DNA of 64,000 bases from an uncultured delta proteobacterium. GTDB lineage: Bacteria > Desulfobacterota > Syntrophia > Syntrophales > UBA2185. Under the pieces are notes generated by a model. That model was not told where the DNA came from, searched no databases, and saw only the letters and a program-made list of their open reading frames with translations. Both the position numbers and the translations under genes were made by a program. How positions within the stretch are numbered: the stretch's first letter is position 1; every line of letters starts with the position of its first letter. The stretch is from NCBI GenBank assembly GCA_963729715.1, contig CAVSPA010000005.1, forward strand, positions 320,001 through 384,000. Direction: 5' to 3'. Below are positions 41,577 through 50,754 of this stretch, piece after piece.

Positions 41577-42074
41577 TTATGCTTTCATGTACGAGTTGAA
41601 CCACTCCATCGCATCCTCGTCTTTGATTCCCAATTTCTTACTGTGATCGGGTTTGAATAATGCAAAGGTTCCTGTGGATTTTGCGCAAAGTTCCCCGGCT
41701 GCGTTGAAGATCATTGCCTCTGCAAGGCATTCGCGATCATTTTTGACTTCGATCACTTTCCCCACGGCCTTCAATTCCTTATCAATCGTGACGGGCTTCA
41801 GGAAGTCAACCTTCATAGACTTGGTCATTCCGAGGCATCTCATTTTATGAATAACGGCCCTCCCCATGACTTCGTCCAGGATAGTTGATATGATCCCACC
41901 GTGGACGAGGTTCTTCCATCCGCAGAGATGGGCGGGCACCCTAACCCATGAAGAAATCGATTCTCCGTCAGTGAAAAATTCCAAGCGTAGCCCTGCCTGG
42001 TTAGCCGGGCTGCACCCAAAACACATGCTGTCACTCCTGTTTGGCAGATGTTTGAGATCTTCTTTCCCGTTCAT
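41577..42074 (-). CDS. PaaI-family thioesterase
   Basis: CFGC..N..GL, VHGGIISTILDE. Confidence 0.88.
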   Translation of the reverse strand: MNGKEDLKHLPNRSDSMCFGCSPANQAGLRLEFFTDGESISSWVRVPAHLCGWKNLVHGGIISTILDEVMGRAVIHKMRCLGMTKSMKVDFLKPVTIDKELKAVGKVIEVKNDRECLAEAMIFNAAGELCAKSTGTFALFKPDHSKKLGIKDEDAMEWFNSYMKA

Positions 42075-42424
42075 AAGGTAACGCTCCGTTGGAATCGCAG
42101 TCGGCTATACATAGTATCCGTGTCGTACCTTTACCATATTTCAAATTATGATTCTGCGATTTTTTGAGCACACCGGCTTGAAATTGTTCGTTAATAGATT
42201 CAAGAAGGAAAAACTCTTCAGCAAGGGCTGATCAGAGGTTACCGCAGGATATTTGCACGATAAGACGACTACCCTTCGACCGTCTTTACGTGAGAAGAAA
42301 AAATTTATTTAAACCACGGATAATTTTACGTTGGTTCGTCTGTGTCCTTAATATTGCGGGCGCATTCCGGCGTCAAAGGCCTTGAATTCGAAATAACTGA
42401 CAGTGAAAATCAAACCCGTGAGAC

Positions 42425-42750
42425 AAAAAAAGGGTGGATGGTAAAAGGAGGGAAAAAGGAACCATCCACCCGCTCGCTATATAGACTGAAAGGGATCATG
42501 AATGCTGATCCTCTCTCAGAATCTCTGGAAAGGGGGTCGATGGACGGCAAAGGAGGGAAGGGAAACCATCCATCGATCTTAAATCAATTTCAAGCAGAAC
42601 TAAATCTCGTCGATAAAGAAATCAGGGAAAAAATGTTACGCTTTATTCATATACTATGAGTCCAGCGAGACCCCAGGAGCAATGCCTTTCATGAATTATT
42701 TCATCAGATTAAAATCCCAAAGGTGTCTTCCTGCCTTCTGAGGTCTCGTA
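42425..42750 (-). ncRNA. Candidate small RNA with two CCUCCU-loop hairpins and a terminal U-tract
   Basis: Hairpins 42432-42471 and 42537-42576 with pyrimidine loops on the minus strand; U7 tail; sigma54 promoter upstream; 5' end approximate. Confidence 0.55.
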
Positions 42751-42761
42751 ATTAACAATCT

Positions 42762-42777
42762 AGCAAAATAGATGCCA
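42762..42777 (-). promoter_or_regulatory. Sigma54 (-24/-12) promoter
   Basis: TGGCATCTATTTTGCT: GG-N10-GC spacing. Confidence 0.65.
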
Positions 42778-42919
42778 AGCTTGAAATTAACAAAAAAGGA
42801 AATTCAAATTATACAGAATTTTCCTATAAAAACAGACTATTACGAAATTTAAGGATATTGCTATTTTCATTGATGCAAAGGCAATGTGACAAGTTGCAAC
42901 GAGGCACCAGCAAGCAAAT

Positions 42920-43026
42920 AGTGCGATTCCTGCACAACATAAACTCTCATGAAATTGGCAAATGCGCGAACAGCTAATATCTTGCCTTCTGTGCATTAGT
43001 AGCACATTATGTGCGATAATGGCACA
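42920..43026. promoter_or_regulatory. Three (T)GTGC-N7-GCACA palindromes, candidate activator sites
   Basis: Copies at 42920-42936, 42990-43006 and 43010-43026. Confidence 0.55.
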
Positions 43027-43290
43027 TAGAAAAGTTGTTTTGAAAGGGATAAGAAAAGAGCGTATGGATCCTCAAAAAATGCCGCAATTGGCAATTCTTT
43101 GAAACTCCATTTTCTTCAAATTTCTGAATTTTACATTTACGATATCTGTCGACAATTAAGAGAGATCGACGATAGAAATAGTATTTTTGTGATAGCGAAA
43201 TTCTCATGGATGAAATATAATAATACCAATGTCTTGGATTCCCGCCTCCGCGAGATTGCAGCTTGAAATATTCAATAAGAGGATTCATCC

Positions 43291-44673
43291 ATGGATGGCT
43301 TTTCGGATACTGTCGCGCTTTCACGGATGCAGTTTGCCCTCACTGCAATGTTTCACATCCTCTGGCCGGTTGCAACAATTGGCGTGAGTCTCTTTCTCGT
43401 ATTCCTTGAATCTTGCTGGATATGGACCGGAAGAGAGGAGTACTATCGCCATGCACGTTTCTGGAGCCGCCTATTCTTTCTGAACGTTGCCCTCGGCGTA
43501 GCCACGGGCATTCCCCTCGAGTTTCAGTTCGGGACAAACTGGAGTTTCTTCTCACGTGCCGGGGGCGATTTTTTCGGACACATGTTGGGATATGAGGCCG
43601 CTATGGCCTTCATGCTGGAGGCAAGTTTCATCGGGATCATGATATTCGGATGGAAAAAGGTCTCGCCTCAATTGCATCTTTTCGCCACTTCCATGGTGGC
43701 TCTGGGCGCTTCGCTTTCAGCATTCTGGATCGTGGTCGCTAACTCCTGGATGCAGACACCTGCGGGCGGCTACTTCGACAAGGGAAAATTTATCGTCACA
43801 GACTATCTACGGGCCATCTTCAACCCGGACATGGTATGGAGCGTCCCCCATATGTGGGTTGCTGCTCTTGAGATATCCGTCTTCGTCGTAGGAGGACTGA
43901 GCGCCTGGTATATCCACAAGAGACGGCATACGGACTTCTTTCTCGCTTCCTTCAAATGGGCCGTTATCGCGGCCATCGTAATAACTCCCCTGCAGATCTG
44001 GCTTGGCGATGGTGCAGGCCGGGGGACTTACGACTATGATCCCGCGAAACTTGCCGCCTTCGAAGCCCACTGGCAAACCAATCCCCAGGGGCACGGTGCC
44101 CCTTTCATCGTCCTCGCCTGGCCCGACCCCAAGAAACAGGATAACAGCTGGTCTATCGGAATACCCGGCCTTCTCAGCCTGCTCACCACACATACTATGA
44201 CCGGCCAGGTCAGGGGCCTGCGCGAATTCCTTCGTGAAGACCGGCCGCCAGTTGCCATCCCTTTTTATGCGTTTCGGATCATGGTCGCAATCGGCACAGC
44301 GCTATTCCTTCTCATGCTCTGGACCCTTTGGGTGTGGCGGAAAGGAGGGCTTGATGCGATGCGCGTCGCTACCCAGAAGTGGCTACTTCGGGCTTGGATG
44401 GCGGCGCTTCCCCTGAGCTATCTCGCCATGGAGACGGGGTGGGCAACCCGTGAAGTGGGCCGCCAACCTTGGGTAATCCACGGGCTCCTACGGACGGGAG
44501 ACGCAGCCTCCAATATACCAGCCGTTACGGTAGCAGGATCACTTGCCGCTTTCGCTCTGGTTTATGCAATTCTTACGATTTTATTTTTCGCATTTGCTTG
44601 GCGCATCATCGCCCGCGGACCGGAACCGCCGAGCGAAAGCGCAGGCGGTCCCGCGAATTCTGGAAAGGAATAA
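43291..44673 (+). CDS. cydA: Cytochrome bd ubiquinol oxidase subunit I
   Basis: [38 protein letters not shown]. Confidence 0.96.
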   Translation: MDGFSDTVALSRMQFALTAMFHILWPVATIGVSLFLVFLESCWIWTGREEYYRHARFWSRLFFLNVALGVATGIPLEFQFGTNWSFFSRAGGDFFGHMLGYEAAMAFMLEASFIGIMIFGWKKVSPQLHLFATSMVALGASLSAFWIVVANSWMQTPAGGYFDKGKFIVTDYLRAIFNPDMVWSVPHMWVAALEISVFVVGGLSAWYIHKRRHTDFFLASFKWAVIAAIVITPLQIWLGDGAGRGTYDYDPAKLAAFEAHWQTNPQGHGAPFIVLAWPDPKKQDNSWSIGIPGLLSLLTTHTMTGQVRGLREFLREDRPPVAIPFYAFRIMVAIGTALFLLMLWTLWVWRKGGLDAMRVATQKWLLRAWMAALPLSYLAMETGWATREVGRQPWVIHGLLRTGDAASNIPAVTVAGSLAAFALVYAILTILFFAFAWRIIARGPEPPSESAGGPANSGKE

Positions 44674-44676
44674 ATA

Positions 44677-45690
44677 ATGGAGTGGCTTGACGCCCATGTC
44701 GCGCAGATCTGGTTCCTGATAATCGGTTTTCTTGTCCTCTATTACGCCGTCGCGGACGGCACAGATCTGGGCATTGGCATCATCGCCCTTTCTACTCGAG
44801 ATGAGGAGACGCGTGGCATCATGATGAAGAGCCTCCAAAACGTCTGGCAGGAAAATCAGACCTGGCTTGTTGTCTTAGGCGGGATGCTCTTCGGAGCATT
44901 CCCTCTCTTTTACAGCGTAGCACTTTCGGCTTTTTATGTGCCCATAATAGTGATGCTCTTCGGCTTGATGTTCCGCGGGTTGGCCTTTGAACTTCGTGAC
45001 AGCTCCAAGAGACCTTCTCTCTGGAGCCTCTCCTTCGGGTGGGGGAGCCTTGCAACCGCCCTCTCTCAGGGCTTCACCCTGGGAGGCATCTTTTACGGAA
45101 TCCCCATGGAGGGGTATACCTTTACAGGAACGGTGTGGAGCTGGTTTCATCCGTACTCTGTTCTCTTCACTCTGGGCGTGGTTTCAGGTTACATAATGTT
45201 GGCGTCAAACTACCTCATCCTTAAAACAGAGGGCGAAGTCCAACGACAGGGCAGGTTTTATTCATCCTTATCCGCTTATTTGACGTTTATCATCGCCATC
45301 TCGATTTACATCTGGACTATCGCCAGACATTCTTATATGGCGCAAAAATGGCTCGCTATGCCCGGCCTCATTAACGTTGCTATCTTTCCTTTCTTTGCCC
45401 TTCTTGCTTTTATCATGTGCCTCCGGAGTCTGCGCGGTCGATCGGAGTTTGCCCCTTTCATCTGGAATGTATCCTTCATATTCTTTGCCTTCATTGGCCT
45501 CTCCGTGGGCTTTTACCCCTACATCATCCCAGACATGGTCACTATCAGGAACGCCGCTGTGTCTTCACCCAAGACTCTTATCTTCATGCTCGCAGTGATC
45601 ATCATTGTCCTTCCGGTAATTCTCACTTACATCGGCTACAAACACTGGGTCTTCCGCGGAAAAGTTAGAAACGGCGGCTATGGTGAATAG
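44677..45690 (+). CDS. cydB: Cytochrome bd ubiquinol oxidase subunit II
   Basis: DGTDLGIG, WQENQTWLV, FRGLAFE, VFRGKV. Confidence 0.94.
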   Translation: MEWLDAHVAQIWFLIIGFLVLYYAVADGTDLGIGIIALSTRDEETRGIMMKSLQNVWQENQTWLVVLGGMLFGAFPLFYSVALSAFYVPIIVMLFGLMFRGLAFELRDSSKRPSLWSLSFGWGSLATALSQGFTLGGIFYGIPMEGYTFTGTVWSWFHPYSVLFTLGVVSGYIMLASNYLILKTEGEVQRQGRFYSSLSAYLTFIIAISIYIWTIARHSYMAQKWLAMPGLINVAIFPFFALLAFIMCLRSLRGRSEFAPFIWNVSFIFFAFIGLSVGFYPYIIPDMVTIRNAAVSSPKTLIFMLAVIIIVLPVILTYIGYKHWVFRGKVRNGGYGE

Positions 45691-46050
45691 AGACCCTTTG
45701 CTTCTCGTCATTTCCGTGCGGACTGCGTCATAATTCTCAAGTTTGTCTGTCGTCCAAAGCACTGCATGTCGGCGCAGAAGACACGAAAAATCTCAAAGAT
45801 TATTCGTATACGTTTGGAATGACATTTCTCTTTATGATGGAATAGTACTACCGTGGACGTAAGGGAGTTTTGCTCTTCCCGAAACCATCATAATTACTTC
45901 TGACACAGATTAACCTCCTCACGCGCTCATCTATTCCCTGAGCGCCAACTGCGGTATTTCGCCGCCTAAAATAAGGCATCCCTTGATAGATTAAATAAAT
46001 TATTCATCTACAATACATACAGCGGCAGGAGCTGCCATGGAGGGAATTCA

Positions 46051-47412
46051 GTGAAAGAATACGACGTCATCGTAATAGGCGCCGGCACGGGACTGAGCAT
46101 TGCGTTCAAGGCACAGGCCAGCAAACTCAAAGTCGCCCTCATTGACAAGGCGAATGTGGGAGGAACCTGCGTCAACGTGGGTTGCGTCCCATCTAAGATA
46201 TTAATCTATCATGCCGACAGGATCGCAGATATAGAAGAGGCGAAAAAGCTGGGAATCGAGGCAAAAGTGAAGCGCATAGATTTTCCTGCCATCATGGATC
46301 GCATGAAGGCAACCATAGACGAGAGCCGGACATGGATGAGAAATGAGATTGCAAGTTCGGAGGGACTGGATTTTTTCAACGATGAAGCGCGGTTTGTTGA
46401 TGACTATACCCTGAATGTTGGCAGGGAAACTGTGAGAGGCCGGAAGATATTCGTAGCCACTGGCGCTCGGCCCCTCATACCGCCCATCAACGGTGTTAAT
46501 AAGATCAATTATCTAACCAATGAAAACCTGCTCAATCTCCGGGAAAGGCCGGAAAGCATCATTATCATCGGTGGTGGCTATATCGGGGTCGAATATGCGC
46601 ACTTCTTTGCGGCCATGGGAACCAAGGTAACCATAGTCCAGAGACAAAGCAGGCTCCTCGCCAACGAGGAACCGGAGATAGCAGACCATCTTAAAGAGGT
46701 ACTCTCGAAGCGCATGGACATACTGACCAACTGGGAGACTGTGGAAGTCTGGGAGAAGAAGGGCGTTTATACTGTAATGCTAAAGAATCTTGATACGGGT
46801 TATGAGAAGGCAGTCACCGGTACCAAGATACTCGTCGCTGCAGGGCGCATATCCAATGCAGACCTCCTGGATGTCCATAAGACAGGAGTGACTACGAACC
46901 AGACTAACTACATAGACGTTGACAACACACTGCAGACCAGCAAGGCAAACATCTGGGCATTAGGCGACGCTATCGGACGCCAGATGTTCACACACGCAGG
47001 CGAAATGATGCAGCGGGTGGCCTGGCGCAATGCCACAAGCCGCAAGAAAGTATCTTTCGATTTTAGTCTCGTTCCACACGCCGTCTTTACGCGTCCACAG
47101 ATCGCCTCGCTCGGCCTCACTGAAGAACAGGCAGCGAAGAGCCACGAGATACTTGTAGGCCGGGCAAATTATTCCGACGTGGTGATGGGAGACGCCATGA
47201 TGGAAAGCGAAAGCTTCGCCAAAGCAATTGTGGAAAAGAGAACGGAGAAGATTCTCGGTTTCCATATCATCGGGCCAGATGCAGCCATCCTCATCCAGGA
47301 GGTGGTGAATGCTGTTGCACGCGGTGGAGATGTGAAATCAATAACGGATAATATGCATATCTTTCCAGCGCTTTCTGAAATCATTCCCGAGACATTGAAC
47401 AACCTGGAATAA
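46051..47412 (+). CDS. Pyridine nucleotide-disulfide oxidoreductase (Lpd/MerA/mycothione reductase-like)
   Basis: VIGAG, GGTCVNVGCVPSK, IIGGGYIGVE, ALGD; C-terminal MHIFPALSE. Confidence 0.9.
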   Translation: MKEYDVIVIGAGTGLSIAFKAQASKLKVALIDKANVGGTCVNVGCVPSKILIYHADRIADIEEAKKLGIEAKVKRIDFPAIMDRMKATIDESRTWMRNEIASSEGLDFFNDEARFVDDYTLNVGRETVRGRKIFVATGARPLIPPINGVNKINYLTNENLLNLRERPESIIIIGGGYIGVEYAHFFAAMGTKVTIVQRQSRLLANEEPEIADHLKEVLSKRMDILTNWETVEVWEKKGVYTVMLKNLDTGYEKAVTGTKILVAAGRISNADLLDVHKTGVTTNQTNYIDVDNTLQTSKANIWALGDAIGRQMFTHAGEMMQRVAWRNATSRKKVSFDFSLVPHAVFTRPQIASLGLTEEQAAKSHEILVGRANYSDVVMGDAMMESESFAKAIVEKRTEKILGFHIIGPDAAILIQEVVNAVARGGDVKSITDNMHIFPALSEIIPETLNNLE

Positions 47413-47433
47413 CAATACTTGAGGAGCCCTTTT

Positions 47434-47745
47434 ATGGAGCATAGTAAACGTTTCGCTACCGGCTGCATTTTGAGTCTGATCTTCCTGCTCGTTGCTTCGC
47501 AGCCCCTTCTTGCCGCCGAAAAAATAGTCAGAATGGTAGTCCTCGGATGCGAGTGACAGGACACTGCGAGCAGGGTACGTGATGCCCTGAAGAAAATCCC
47601 GGGTGTTCTTAAGTACAATGCGAATCCATTCACTCACGAAGTTACCGTAAGATTCGACGACACAAAAACGAGTATTGATAAGATTGTGGCGGGACTTGCC
47701 AAGGAGGACTTCCCGGTCACAGGGGAACCGAAGATAATTCACTAA
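47434..47745 (+). CDS. Exported HMA/MerP-like selenoprotein (G-C-E-U), 103 aa
   Basis: SD GAGGAG; MEHSKRFATGCILSLIFLLVASQPLLAAEKIVRMVVLGCE-TGA(47554-47556)-QDTASRVRDALKKIPGV...VTVRFDDTKTSIDKIVAGLAKEDFPV; HMA-fold pattern continues past the TGA; not in the ORF track. Confidence 0.8.
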
Positions 47746-47930
47746 GCTTGATGCTATGCGGAGTGCTCTGTCTTGGCATGTTCACAATAAAAATCGTAAC
47801 GATGTATTTTTAATTGGGTTTTGTTCGTGTGGGCGCAGCGGCACCTTAGTTCTGGTAATCCCTCAATGGAGTCGTGAGATTCTTCCACATGGGGAATGTG
47901 AAAATAGAATTACAAGACAAGGAGTATAAG

Positions 47931-48485
47931 ATGGATAATAGACGATACCTGTGGATTTGTTTCTTTGTCGGCATGTCTGTCCTTTTCATATCTGCCTACT
48001 CTTTCGCCGCTGGCATAGAGGCCTCGAAGCTGATAGGAAAGGAAACATGGAATTTCAACCTCGCCTCCACTGATGAACGGCTAATTAACTATGGTGATGA
48101 GTATTATGGAAAGTTCTACCTTATTATGACTTTTTTCCCGGCGGCATTCACACCCGTCTGAACGGGCGAGATGCAGGGGCACCAGAAGATTCTTTCTGTC
48201 TATGCCTCTCTAAACGCCCAGGTCGTGGGCGTAAGCCGGGATGACGTGATAACCCTCAAATATTGGGCACAGAAATATAAACTTACCTTTCCCCTGCTTT
48301 CGAACATCTCCGGATATCTGGGAGATCAATACGGTGTAACCGGCGCCGACAAGTTCCTCTTTAACAGGCGCACTGTAATCGTAGATAAGAAGGCTATCAT
48401 CCGGTATGCGAAGGACGGTTCACCAAACTATGAAGAAATTCTTGCCGTCCTCAAGAAGCTTAACCATGAAGAGGCAAAAAAATGA
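47931..48485 (+). CDS. Peroxiredoxin-like (AhpC/TSA, BCP-type) selenoprotein with signal peptide
   Basis: Two same-frame ORFs joined by TGA 48159-48161 at the peroxidatic position: FFPAAFTPV-U-TGEM; downstream VVGVS.D, FPLLS, RRTVIVDK. Confidence 0.9.
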
Positions 48486-49496
48486 TATTCTTGCTGCGGC
48501 GTCATTTCAACAGCATTGCCGCCCGCTGGCAAGGTCCGAAAAAAGGGAGCTGTCAGTATCCTTTGCGGAACCGGCCGTGCTTATCAAAAAATGATTTCAC
48601 GCTGTGCTTGCAAAATTCTTCATGTTCCGGAGAATTTACCTGGATCGGGAAGTGGGAAATGGTATGCATTTCGCGTCAGGTTGATATGTTTTAGATAAAC
48701 TTCTTTGAAATATCAAACTCAAGGCTGAATTCCTTATATTATTTAAATTATTCATGAATTCCTTTGCCTAAAAATCATGCAAAGAGCTTAAAATCATCAA
48801 TAATTGATGGTTTTTATGATTCATTAACATAGTCATCAACAACCTTATCAACAAGTATGTTTATCTCTGATGCGGATGCTCTCCGAAAGCGCGTCGTTGC
48901 TTGTTTCCAGCAATGGCCTCTCCTGGAACGACCGCCTATAGAGGAAATCCACGCCATATATCTGGCTGCAGAGAATTCACGCCACTTTCAGAGAGGCGTT
49001 GCGGTTAAGGCAGGTTCCGCAAGGCTCCGCAGCATGCATCCCCGAAGATCCTTATTGGTTGTGGCTTTCGTGCGTCTCCGGTTGGAAATCCTACGAAGGA
49101 ACGAATGAAACATCGAGGCTATAGCAATTCATAAGTGAGCATTCTATGCAGAAAGTGAAGATAATCGGAGAGCATTAATTGTGTATGGGAGGTCTTTGGG
49201 GATGAACCATCCAGGATTGGGGAAGCTCTCCATAATTGCCGCGCACGATCACTCTTTCGCTTTGCTGTGAAATATCAACTCTTCGCCTATCCAATACCCG
49301 CCACTTCTCCATGATGTTTCAAAAAAAGTTTCTCTCCCGTCCGCGTAACGCGTCTCGGATGCGGACACGTCTGTTGGCAGATTGACCTTATCTTCCGGCC
49401 AAATTGAATTCAACTGCATCATCGGCAATGGATTATAACTCTGATATGACGATAATAAATTTCCTTACTGGGCAAATATAAGACAAGCGACCTCGT

Positions 49497-50159
49497 TCAT
49501 ACTTTGGAGGTTGCATTTAATGGTTTCGTCTTTCTTGATTCATGGATCATCTTCGGGTAGATGATATTCTCTCTCACGCTGAGCTTCAACTTCTCCAAAT
49601 CCCCATCGACGAGGGCATTGATGATAGATTCGTGCTGAGCAACACTCAACTGGGGTATATCAAGTGAAAGATAGGCGTTATACCTTAATGCAAAGATGCC
49701 ATTCTTCAACCTGTCAAGATTGTCCGCGAGGAACCGGTTCTCAGTCATCAGATAGAGGGTCTGGTGGAATTCCTCATTTTTCAACACCATTCCTTCGATA
49801 TCACCATTCTCAACTGCTGCGGTATATTCCTTGTGGATCTTCCAGAGGAGAGATAATTTTTCCGGTGTGATCTTCTTTACCAGCAGCTCCGCTGCAAGGA
49901 GTTCCAGATTGACTCGAACACAATAAAGATCTTCCAATTCTTCGTCGGTGATGTCCGCAACTCTTGCCCCTTTGTTCGGTGTAAACTCAACGAATCCGAG
50001 ATGGGCCAGTTCCTGAATTGCCTTTCTGATCGTAAAACGCTTGACATTGAATCTCGCGATGAGTTCCGACTCCACAAGGCGCTCCCGGGGTTTCAGTTCG
50101 CTTGTCAGAATTGCCATTGCCATTCTCCAACTGAAGGAATCGGAATTCATGGTAATCAT
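49497..50159 (-). CDS. GntR-family regulator (FCD domain)
   Basis: LKPRERLVESEL..F.V.R.TIRKA, PNKGARV, NEEFH, QHESI. Confidence 0.9.
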   Translation of the reverse strand: MITMNSDSFSWRMAMAILTSELKPRERLVESELIARFNVKRFTIRKAIQELAHLGFVEFTPNKGARVADITDEELEDLYCVRVNLELLAAELLVKKITPEKLSLLWKIHKEYTAAVENGDIEGMVLKNEEFHQTLYLMTENRFLADNLDRLKNGIFALRYNAYLSLDIPQLSVAQHESIINALVDGDLEKLKLSVRENIIYPKMIHESRKTKPLNATSKV

Positions 50160-50702
50160 AACTTCACTCAGAATCTTCTAAGCAAATCTTGAAAATGTGA
50201 AGATGAGAGGCACTTCCCATATTTCTATTGAATTTATAATTATGCCTCTCTTTGCCCGATTGATTTCTGTATGAAATCTATATCAATCTTTTTGGCTTGT
50301 CGATGATTTGTTTTTAGGAAGGCATTTGCTTTTTTGAAGCGGGAAAAAATCGGTTCAGACCTATTATGTTCGAACCCGAAATCAATGAATTGAATGAACG
50401 GAAAGTTGGCGAACATTGCTAAGACCTATGACATTCAACAGTGGGCATTCATCAGAACTGCGGATTGCAGATCGGAAAGGAATGACTGTGCCAAGGTGGA
50501 GTGGCAGGTTGTATGCCGTATCTCTATTTACTCCGACCGCCCCAAAGAATAGAAGGGAGTGAAGACCTGACAAATCCCCCTTTCAGGAGAAAGCCTGCCT
50601 GCCACTCACCCATCTACCATAACTGAAAAAGTTCTTATTCAGAATATTAGAATGAGAAATAAAAAAATTTTCTTGACTAAATATGTAACATTATGATAAT
50701 CA

Positions 50703-50717
50703 AATCATCAGATGATT
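50703..50717. promoter_or_regulatory. Palindromic operator AATCATC-A-GATGATT (GntR/FadR-like) just downstream of a putative promoter
   Basis: Perfect 7-1-7 palindrome after TTGACT(50673)..GATAAT(50695); flanked by two GntR genes. Confidence 0.55.
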
Positions 50718-50754
50718 AGATATATTCTACCATATTGAAATAGTACGTAAATCT

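Noticed and set aside
42342..42659. 105-aa + strand ORF
   Set aside because: No recognisable motifs; its GGK repeats come from the hairpin loops, better explained as a minus-strand RNA
43232..43260. Degenerate GGATTCCCGCC..CGCG REP-like remnant before cydA
   Set aside because: Single decayed copy with no intact partner arm
48482..49490. Short ORFs (48482-48694, 48857-49108) and a faint nitrilase-like fragment near 49420
   Set aside because: No SD or motif support and the frames break quickly; cannot be supported even as a pseudogene
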